Assembly: GCA_002633005.1 (NCBI GenBank)
Contig: NMRA01000194.1
Span: 499,074-563,073 of the forward strand
Length of the DNA stretch: 64,000 nt
Reading direction: 5' to 3'
From: Phoronis australis
Taxonomy: Eukaryota > Animalia > Phoronida
The notes under the pieces are model-generated. The model saw only the letters and a program-made list of their open reading frames with translations, ran no database searches and was not told where the DNA came from. This document shows, piece by piece, positions 1-10,000 of the stretch; position 1 is the first letter of the stretch, and each line of letters starts with the position of its first letter. Made by a program: the position numbers and the translations under genes.

Positions 1-1176
1 GGGGGGGGGTCCTGTTAGATGAAAGTGACTTAAAGATGTACATTTATGCTCTTACCTGTGCTAATGTATAGCAGAAACTAAACAACATTGCTATTTAATC
101 TGCGCTGAACAAAGTGCAGTTGTATTCATTGACAACTCATGAGTGAGAAACTTCTGCAAGTAGGTGACCTTTGCACTAGTGACGTACTTTGTGGGTTCAC
201 ATAGCCCACATCATGCATTGTTATTCCTTAACACCATGTCACAATACTTACTGGATACGGTTTAGTGATTTTCGGTGGATCATTTTCGCCACAGAACTTG
301 TTCTTAAAAACATTTGGCAATTTTTAACCTGCTTCATATTCACATGGGTGCTATACCTTGTGTTCCTAACTAATTTGGCCAAGCAATCACAGACTTTGAG
401 GAATTAGCCTGCAAGTTCCACATTTAAGACATAAATTTGGTCTTGCCTCTTACTTCACAATTACTGAATTACGAGTGCTTCAGAATGTGGAAATAACAGA
501 AATTATCTTAGTATCTTGCAGTTATGTGTATATTCTCAGAGACTGCACTTTTGCTCATGTGAGATTTTTTAGAAATTAGTTATGTGGAGCGTTGGACAAA
601 ATTTCTGTCTCAAGTCTTGCAGTAGTCACTTTCCTTGAAAGAGAACCCTGATACAGTGCTACACTGACTCCACAAATTACATGTACTTACATCTTTGGCT
701 TTTGTCACTTTTCAACCAACACCGCAATTCCGTTAACTCCACTCCATGGGAGTAGTGATAAGTCCCAACATGCCAGGCACATACTTTAATGGGAAGTGCA
801 AGTCAAACACGCCATCTGTTGCTTAAACCGGAGAATTAACGGTTTAGTGGTGAATGTTGCTAGCAGAGAGGAGCTAGTTAGGAAGCCAAAGAGAGCTGTG
901 ACAGATTTTTCGATAGACCTGAGTTTCGTTGTTGGGAAAGCTACGTTTGTGAAAACCGTCTTGCAGCCTTGTATTGTGCAACTGACGACTTGTGGATTAA
1001 TGAATATTCTAAATGACATCTATATGAAATTGTTAATATTGTAAATGAATGACATCTACTTTAAAATGTTAAATAAAATTGTTGCTAATAGCTTCGAATT
1101 TTATTCAGAAATTCAGCAACACTATTTTGCACGGAGATGTCTTGTTATTGTTGCACCAAGAAGTTTCAGCAATCTT

Positions 1177-1284
1177 TTAGTTATCTTTCATTTCGATCTC
1201 ACAGATGGCACCACCGTCTTCGTCACACTCGTTGTCATTCCATAGCCAGTTGCTCTTTCTTCTTAGCTCAACACAGGAGTCATC
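1177..1284 (-). CDS. C-type lectin exon 5 (WND, stop)
   Basis: DDSCVELRRKSNWLWNDNECDEDGGAICEIEMKDN*; TTTCAG acceptor. Confidence 0.92.
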   Translation of the reverse strand, partial: DDSCVELRRKSNWLWNDNECDEDGGAICEIEMKDN

Positions 1285-4186
1285 CTGAAATTGGACAAAT
1301 GATCAAATCTTAATGGGGGTAATAAACCAGAAATTTTTGTCGGAAAATGATACTACGTCTGGCAGAAACTGGCAGGTACTTACTGATTTCATGTGATCAG
1401 GTTTAAGTTGTTTATCCGCGCGTGGCGGGTTAGTTTCAGCCACCAAGGCAGCGTGGCCTTCAGCGGAATTCCGGGCCGTTTATTATTACCAGGTTTTTTT
1501 TCAAACATAGGATAAGAACATTATGACCTTGCTCTTTGGTAATCAAATACGAACATTGATGTTATTAGCCGACACCAAACTGTTTCATCGGGTTTGGCAA
1601 CTCCTTGGTTTGACTCGACTAACCACCGGTTAAATTTTGGAGCAACACTGGATTTGGTAGAAGCAGTTATTATTTTTACTATATATGAATTGTTCATTGT
1701 TATAAAGTGACAGGTCCTTTCGTGTGATAGCTCGTGACAATCGAAAGTGACCCGTCATTGAATCTAAACGCTCTTCTCAAAATATTGAGTCGGATATGAC
1801 TGCTTTGGAAAATTGTGACTCCAATTTGAACAAAGTTTGGCCGTGTTCGGAAACCTTTAGCATTTTAAAAATGTAATAAGCTTTTTCAAGCATTTTTGAC
1901 GATTATTTTGCGCGAAATTGAACAGATGTTACTGGAGGTGCATACCCCTTTGTTGGCTGGACTGCGACTGTCCCAAGCTGTGAAGTTGGCCAACTCTCCC
2001 GTCTCGTTCCATCGAAATTCACCTTCAATGTCGTCGTCGGTTAGACCGATCCAGTAGTCGTATGGTGAAAGTGCTGAAGGGGTAATTATAATGTGCCATC
2101 ACTTTACAGAAACGAGGTCTTTTCTCTCAATTGGATAATAACTCATTTCAATTTCACCTGCAGAATTAAGCTACGTCTCTTGCTACAAACCAAAAATGTT
2201 CAATATTTTCATGTACTTTCTGAAAGAGTGGTTAGTAAAACAAGGTTTACCCAGCAAAATTTGTTCGGTACATAAAATCATTCTTTTGCTAAATTACCTA
2301 CTGTAAGTGTTTCCCTAAATTCGGAGATAAAACACATCAGAGAGTTAGATACGTCTTTCATAAAATGTTAAATTTTGATAAAAAGAGTCCAAAAATGGCT
2401 CACTTACTTGAATTCTGCATTATCTGTTTGGCGAGGAAATCTTGCTCCAGCTGCGACCCGATCCTCACCATATCAGCACCGAGCGCCTGGCAGCGGGCTC
2501 TCGCTTCAGCCCATTCGAAGTCTTCCGCCACGAACTTGTAGCATGACCTCTCCTGCTCGTTCCACGTCCAGCCTTTTTGACAGAGGCCGTTCTTAGTTTC
2601 CTTGGTTACTGCTGGTGAATAAAAAGTGAATAACCAATGGGCTCTGAACTGAGAGTTATTCCGAGGAGTACGCCCATTCAGTGTTGTGAATTTGAGAAGG
2701 CCGGGGTTTCAACGTACAACTCATTTGTCAGTAGAACTGGAAGAAGTTTATCCATCGAAATGGAACAGCTGCCTATCCTGCTTTGGTTAACTTAACTACA
2801 CTTGCCTGATTCATTTCAAAGTAGGAACACAAATCGTCAGTACATCACGTCAAGCTGAGAATCACCATTGAAAATTAAGCCAGATTATAATACTCAGACT
2901 TAACAGGCAAACTGAAAAGTTAAGAGTGGGCCAAACTGACTGGGGTCAATAGAAGCCTTGTGCCCGTTCACGCGCCAGCCGATCGATGGGTTTCGCAGTT
3001 GCCCCAGGCATTGCTTGCATGGACTAAAGCCCTGTCCGGTCTTGGCACACTACAAATTTTCTTAATTGTTGAAATACTCCTATTGTCGCGTTCTGCTTCG
3101 TATCCGAAAAATTGTGTCCGGGGCACCAGTTGCTTTTGTATTCCGATTAGGTACAAGAAAAATCCGAAGTGTGTACCAAAGGATTTTCCCGACACTGATA
3201 ACTTTTTTTCGTTATTTCATTATAGAACCACACCGTTTTTGCATCACTGACAAGCTCTCGAAGTATAGTGCGAAGTAGGTAGAAAACAAAATTCCGTGTC
3301 AAATATCCTTGTCAAGTTATTAGCCTTGACTACAGGAACTGAATAAAAGAGAGGGCGACAAATCCCGTTTCTGGAATATTATTTTCCCACGATCAAATAC
3401 AACATCTCAGTATAGCAGAGCCTAGTTAAGTCCTCGTCCCATTAGGGCTGCCGCGGCGGAGGTAGGTTGTAAGGCGATATGACATCATACCTTTGGACAC
3501 TTTGTCTTCTAAATCTTTAATCCGCAAGGTGTTGGTCGAAATGACTGTCCTTAGTGCAGCTACTTCGTCCACTAAGACTTTAACTTCATGTTTACAAGAA
3601 CATGATGACGGCTCCACCTTCAGTAACGACAGTAAAAATAAAGTCTAATATCAATTGCGCACGTCACGGCGGATTAATTAGTGGGTAAGCAGTACATACT
3701 ATTTCTTTGCAGTTAAGAATTGCTAGACAAGTTAATCCAAGGAAAAAGGTGAAATTTCCTCTGCAAAATTTAAGAGGACATCTGAATGTAATGTACTAAG
3801 TTTGCAGTCCCGGGTTTGCGGCTAGTGACAATTACAAATAGCCCTCACTGAAAAACTGAACCAGAATGATGTATTTCGAGACCATAATCTAGGCGGAGTG
3901 TGTGAATTAGGAACGACAAGTCCAGGGGCGGATACAGGATTTTGAGTTGGGGGGGCAGGGCAGAGTATTAGCCAGAATTTTGCCCGTCAGACATTCGCAC
4001 CCGGCCCCCGTACTGCCAAATGGAATCTGGGAGAATTTTAGGGGGGGGCATGGGGCCCCCTCTAAATCCGCCTCTGAAGTCGCTAGGTTTTTGGCGGTCT
4101 TAACTCACTCCTGACCCTTCGTCTTCCGCTAAGAATCTTCCTTGGGACGAGGCCAGCAAACCAGCAAATAAAATGAGACTGAACAT
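1177..4186 (-). CDS. Secreted C-type lectin with N-terminal coiled-coil neck (214 aa, 5 coding exons)
   Basis: complement(join(1177..1284,1946..2073,2408..2611,3491..3617,4109..4186)). All introns are GT-AG with consistent phases (0,1,1,0); 645 nt. Signal peptide MFSLILFAGLLASSQG, heptad neck, CTLD motifs CQKGW..CYKF..W..A...C, YWIGL, C..WLWND..C....ICE. AATAAA on minus at 1100-1105. Confidence 0.9.
1946..2073 (-). CDS. C-type lectin exon 4 (WIGL)
   Basis: YDYWIGLTDDDIEGEFRWNETGELANFTAWDSRSPANKG; CAG acceptor, GTATGC donor. Confidence 0.92.
2408..2611 (-). CDS. C-type lectin exon 3 (CTLD N-half)
   Basis: LCQKGWTWNEQERSCYKFVAEDFEWAEARARCQALGADMVRIGSQLEQDFL; CAG acceptor, GTAAGT donor. Confidence 0.92.
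3491..3617 (-). CDS. C-type lectin exon 2 (CxC plus coiled-coil neck)
   Basis: Pyrimidine tract then AAG acceptor; VEPSSCSCKHEVKVLVDEVAALRTVISTNTLRIKDLEDKVSK; donor GTATGA, phase 1. Confidence 0.8.
3923..4076. mobile_element. ~155-bp MITE (CAGGGGCGGAT...ATCCGCCTCTG) with 5-bp TSD AAGTC
   Basis: Terminal inverted repeats; AAGTC on both flanks; homologous copies at 39132-39290 and ~25870-26033. Confidence 0.8.
4109..4186 (-). CDS. C-type lectin exon 1 (signal peptide, MFSLILFAGLLASSQGRFLAEDEGSG)
   Basis: ATG at 4186, 26 codons, donor GTGAGT, phase 0. Confidence 0.8.
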
Positions 4187-4447
4187 GTCGAGTCAGTGGA
4201 ATGAACTGTGCCCACTTGGCAAGCGAGACGCCGTGTACGTGGACCATGCAATTGATGTTATCAACGTGTAATCCGCCATATGGAAACAGCCGGCGTGGGT
4301 CGAGAGCATCCTCTTCAGTCTAACTGTGTCGGCCAACACTATAGCGAGTACTCGTCTCTACAGTCGGGGTGGGCCCTGCGATAAATCATCGAACTGCAGA
4401 ATGAAGCAAGAGAGCCGGGCAAGGGGGCAGGCCGGAACGTTGTGGTG

Positions 4448-4574
4448 TACTTACTTTATTGCACAAGACTTGGCCTTTGCAGTGACAAAAAGAGGAAATT
4501 TTTCTAGTTCTACTTACTTTATTGCACAATACTTGGCCTTTGCTGTGACAAAAAAGAGGACATTTTTCTAGTTC
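4448..4574. repeat. Tandem duplication of a ~63-bp unit
   Basis: tacttactttattgcacaa...tttttctagttc occurs twice (4448-4510, 4511-4574). Confidence 0.9.
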
Positions 4575-5526
4575 TATAAATAACTAGGCTTATGCGGTAG
4601 AAATATTTTTTTGCGTTGCAAAATTTAACTGCTAGTAACGTTTTTTTTTGTTTGAATAAAGTAAAAATAATGATAAAAAGGAAACAGAAAGAGCGAACTG
4701 GAAACCAAAGAAGAGAAAATCGAAACCGAAAGAGAAGAAACTCCCAAATTCCAAGCCCTAATTGCAGTCAGGCAGTTCCTCCTCAGTATAATTGCACTAC
4801 GGTTAATTTAGATCCTGTATTGTTCATTTCTAAAAATATGGAAAATCCTGTTCCAGGAGACGACGTCCAATGTTGCACTGTTTCACGAGTTTGTCCCCGG
4901 CGTCTGTAACTCGATCCAGGCACCCCTACAGTTTTGTAGGGTACACCACTGCGTGGTCATCAACAACATTAACTACTTTGACAAATCATGCTTAGCCTAT
5001 TGCTTCTCGGCGAAACTTTCACCTAGATACATGTCGAGGAATCGGAGAAACATTGACTCACTCGCCGACAACTGGGGTTACGGTGCGTAGACTCGCGATA
5101 GCGAAACTCACATCACGATATTCGCGAGATATCGTCACGTAGTACGACCGAAGCACGCGAAACCACAGCTTTTCTCAACTTAAGGTCTTACGTCTACGGA
5201 AAGCAACGTTTATGCGACATTCTTTGAACGATCGAGGGAGAAACCGACGTTTGTTCAATTTGTTTCAATACACTATAGCCAGAGATAAGGTGCGTAGATA
5301 GGATCTCAAATTCGAGTTGTGTACTACTTTGTAATCACTACCATATTATTTTGTCTGTTTCCTTTGCTGGACGTCGTGGTATCAGTGAACATTGAACAAT
5401 TTGTACAACCTGAATTAAATATTATTAGTTTACACTGTATGGCTGGGCCAAGTCATCTATGAGTGACTAGAACAAACATTCTACTACAGTGGAGTATGAA
5501 AAGACATTACTTTACAATACAAAATA

Positions 5527-5532
5527 TTTATT
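5527..5532 (-). terminator. Probable poly(A) signal of the Nrf/CNC gene
   Basis: AATAAA on minus ~840 nt after the stop codon, in AU-rich context. Confidence 0.5.
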
Positions 5533-5929
5533 TAAATAAATCTTCAGAACAGACATCTTGTAACAAGCAAAATTTCCTTTCCCGGCTATATGGAACAAAA
5601 AGCCAAGGGCAGAAGTGCCATGGGAACCACATATGATACAACATATTACACAAAGAGGTCAGTCACTACTATTCCAGTCTTACACCGTGAGGTGTCACTA
5701 GTTAACAGACTGCCGAGACAACCGTGCCAGTATATGAAACAAAATCAAAGGAAATTAAACACCACTAAGACAACATTATTATCAGCACTGTGGATAATTT
5801 CCATAAGTTATTTCATTCCTAATGACTACTAATTGAAGGAATGGATTTGGGCAACTATCTACACAACAGACATCCATGAGAAGTGAAATGACATGAGGAT
5901 GGATAGGACAACTCCAAATGACAACTACG

Positions 5930-5951
5930 CACACACACACACACACACACA
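5930..5951. repeat. (CA)n microsatellite in the Nrf 3' UTR
   Basis: About 11 CA units. Confidence 0.95.
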
Positions 5952-6369
5952 AGTTGTCTTCCTTCACAAAGCAGTCTAACATTGGAGAAAGCACGTCCAC
6001 TCGAATGTAAAATGATGACTGTAAAAGGAAACAATAATGAACACTGTAAAAACAGCGATATGACAACATTGGCTGAGATTTCAATGATACCTGACCATGG
6101 AAACAATGCGAAAATGACAACAAGAAAGGACAAATCAAATTTCACAGTTTTTAAAACTGTTCATACAATGAAACATCAACATAACACTATCTTTTTCTTA
6201 AAATATGGCCATGAAAGCGATGAGTACGACAAACAGATGGGGTGAAAATGCATATGCAACTCTCAGTCTCACTCAAGCAGTCCAGCCCGACAGCATACAG
6301 CTCATGCATATACACACACACATGGGAGACGCACAATTCTACGAACACGCACATAGAGGCCGACCACGT

Positions 6370-7054
6370 CTAGTTCTTCTTAGGGTTCTTCCTCTTCTTC
6401 ACCGACCTCTGTCTGCCCTGTTCTTCCCTGGTGCTGTTGGCAGGCACAAGCAGCAAACTCCCATCACTAGACTGCTGTAGGGAGTATTCGCCTGGCCTAT
6501 ACGGTGCACCATTGGCATCCCGCAAAGAGCGGAACATCTCCTGGTACAGCTGATCATATTTATCCCGCAAGTTCTTCAGTTCCTTCTTCATCGCTTCACG
6601 CGCCTTCATCTCCTTTGATCTTTCACTCTTCAACTCATCCAGCTCGTCCTCAAGCGACGACACCACTGTCATCTTGCGCTTACGGCAGTTCTGTGCAGCC
6701 ACCTTGTTCTTGCCCCGTCGCCGGATGTCGCGCATCAGCGACACCTGTTCGTCCGAGAACCTGTGCTTCTGCAGCATTTCATTAAACGCGTCCACAGACG
6801 AATGTACGATTTCATCCATGGTAAGCGGCACCTTCATCGTCTTGAGACGCTTTTCATCCCGACTCGTTGACTGTTTGTCTGGTTCTGGTTTCTTATCTGA
6901 CTTGCGCTCTCTCGGCTGCTGTCCAGGTTGTAGCGGATATGAATGGTTATGTGTCACGTGACGAATCTGCGCGGGAGTGAAGCTGGCGCTCTGATTGGTC
7001 GTCTCGTTGATCTCCATGTCGGAAGAGTCCAGATAGAAGCCACCCATAGAATCG
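6370..7054 (-). CDS. NFE2L1: Nrf exon 8 (CNC-bZIP, Neh3-like region, stop)
   Basis: TTTTCAG acceptor; SRDEKR...[20 protein letters not shown], leucine zipper, [15 protein letters not shown]. Confidence 0.97.
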
Positions 7055-10000
7055 CTGAAAATGGAACAAAACACGAGTTGCACAAGTTGATATTCCACAG
7101 TGAAAAGACAATAACCAACTCTAGAACTAGCTCATCAAATACAGATGAGACAGGGCTGAAGAGCGATGCAGGCAACAGACACGATACTGCTAGGTAATAT
7201 TTTCAAATGCCAATTTAAACCAACACCTGTCTAGTAAAATTGAATTATTCAGTGCTAACACCACGTATCCTCTTTGTCTTGCTTTAAATCCTCACCTGAA
7301 GCCATTCGTCTTTTGACTAGATCCGCCCTGACTGGATGACTCGTACCCACCGCCCGTGGCGCCCTCTAAGCCATCAAAGGGACTCGTCATGCCAGAACTT
7401 CCGTTGGTGGAGAGGGTGTCATTCCAGTCCTGTGGCGACAGACTTCCCATGGACGAGACTGCCGAGTCATCGCTGATCTCCTGAAGGTGGAGCTGCTGTA
7501 CTCCTGTGGAGTGAAAACAATAATAGCTTTAGTCTTAAGTTTTGAGCTGAATTGACAAAAAGCTTTACTGGAGAAATGGTCCTAACCTCTGGGAGACTTT
7601 TGGCTAGATTTGACTAGGGTTGCTCATGACGCACATAGTGTGGCACTCATGAATACCGCTCATGCACCAGCAACTTCATCTCAGTGATTCACAAGCACAG
7701 CCCCACACTCACAAAACACGACGCACGTGCCCAAATAAGACAGCTTAACGAGTCAAATTTACTAGTACATGGGATGTGTTCATGAGTGCGTGAGCCGTGT
7801 TGTTCGGGTAGCCTGATCATAACACAAAGTTCCAATCACTTGCATTCAAATCATCCGAATCTATGCGAGCGAGTGCTCATAAATCAAGAAGATTCAAGTG
7901 GACGATGATGGGTGACAAAAATATTACGCATTAACATAGAATTTGCCTTTGCAATAAAACTGTGCCAACAACAGTGGCATGGATTAGATGAACAACTGGT
8001 CTTTGAACAGGACTCACCAGAATCCAGATTAAACTGAGCTATTTCATGATCCAGTGTCAGGTCATCTTCCATCACGTCGGGCAAGAAGAAAGACTGATCA
8101 TAATAGGATGCCGACTCGTTGATCATGTTGGCCACGTCTGGAAACAGCATGCCTTCATCAGCAGCGTTGTACAGCTCACTGGGACTAGTGCTGTTGATGG
8201 TTGGGGCCAGACTGGGCTGTGGCGACACTGCAATGGGAAACACTGGGATGCACCGCCTTGCAATACGATAATGCATAAAGCTTACTGCCACACTAAGTCC
8301 TAGTAGGTAAAAGAGCTCCATCATAGTTTCATGTTCTGTTGTTTACCAGCACATGAATACAACAAGTGGTCTCACTAGCAGGCAGTTAACTCCATACTGT
8401 CCATGGAGTTACGAGGCGCAATTAAGAAAGCCAACCTGCAATACTCAAGAACTGAAACAACAGCTTCCAATCTAAAAAACAATAGTGTTCAAATATGACA
8501 CTTTATGCGACTTTAAATTTGGTTACTCTAAATCACAGAAATGAGCTTGTCTCGTGCCAGGTGTAAAACAGCAGGCCATTGCCACAAATAAACTCAATAA
8601 CTTGTTCAGACAAATTGGCTTCACAAGCCTCTATAGTTCCACGTACCACTGTTGAAATAATGCTCAAAGGGGCAATCCGCAGGTGAGGTGACAGGGGCAA
8701 ACGAGGTGTTCTGTATCAGAGCCAGACTAGTGTCTTGAATTCCGGTCATGGTTTCAGTGGATGCAGGACTGTACATGTCTGTCTGTAATGGTGCTGACGT
8801 CACAGCCATGTCCACGACAGATGGTGGTGTGCCCTCACTGGAGATCACCGTGCTGTTGGTGACAGTCAAGTTTAACAGGCTGCTGATGTCATTCCATCGC
8901 TGCTCCAGACTGTTCTGCCGTCCAAACTGGGAGTCATTCTGTAATGAACACCAATAATCACCATGAAGTTTCAGATATGTCCGCAAGCTTGGCAAGCTGG
9001 CTGGATACTGTGCTTCCATTTTGAGATGCCATGTTTAAAGATTGAACGTGTATGTTTAATGCTCCAAGTATGAATTCACATTCCTACATTGTGACACACA
9101 TCTATAAAGCTGGAGACTCCTTGTTCAAAGTTTGAAAAACATGCTTAAAGTTAGAGTTACTAGGCTTAAAGCTAGAATTTGATCCAACATGTTTGCATTA
9201 CATATAATGACCCAACCTCACCTGTTGAACTTGGTGAATAAGTTCCGAGATCTCTCGGTCCAGCTGGTCATCAGGTGTCTGTAGTAAGGTTGAGATGTTG
9301 GTGTCGGCCTGAACAGGGGTCATCTGCTGCTCGTCTCCAAGAACATCCATTTGCGAGATAGCCTATCAATGGAGAAAAAAGTAGGACAAATGTGACACAC
9401 GGCGATGATACATTAATAAATTAGGACAGCAACAACAATGTATGACGACCAGTTAAAACACTGTTCATCCTTGAAAAATGGAAATTAGTTTCAATCAAGT
9501 TGGGCTCAAGCATGTCTATGGTACATAGACTTCAGGATGATGACTTGCACTTGCAGGGAAAAAAAATTCATTTATAGAATGGAAATAGTGCATTCAATCC
9601 CAAAATTCAGCATATCAACCTCGCCGACCGATCACCTCAGTGGCTGCCATTTTGCTACTCACTCACCTGTTCAGTGTCGTTGCCTAAATGAACGTCATAT
9701 TCACTAGTTATACTCCCTCCTAATGTGGGATGGGCTGGGATGACCTCGCCTGGAAAATGGCAAACCATGTCAACACAATCATGCAATGCAATTAAACGTG
9801 AACAACTTTGAGCATCAACATTTTAAACAAAAAAATTAAAAAGCTTCCAAACGTGCATTTTCAAGTCATTAACTCCCAGAGGACAAAGTCAGCCGAGTTA
9901 AGGGAAATAATAGTTTCTAATACAAGTACTTCTGAAATGAGCTGGATGACTGAAAATACATTTATCAAATTATGTGCTAGTAGTTGCAGACAGCTAAATT

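Noticed and set aside
6205-7197. Several plus-strand ORFs overlapping the Nrf last exon
   Set aside because: Antisense shadows of GC-richer coding sequence, with no domain similarity.
7884-9019. ORF-track starts and ends for 7884..8324 and 8621..9019
   Set aside because: They run into introns; splice sites define the exons as 8018-8227 and 8647-8938.
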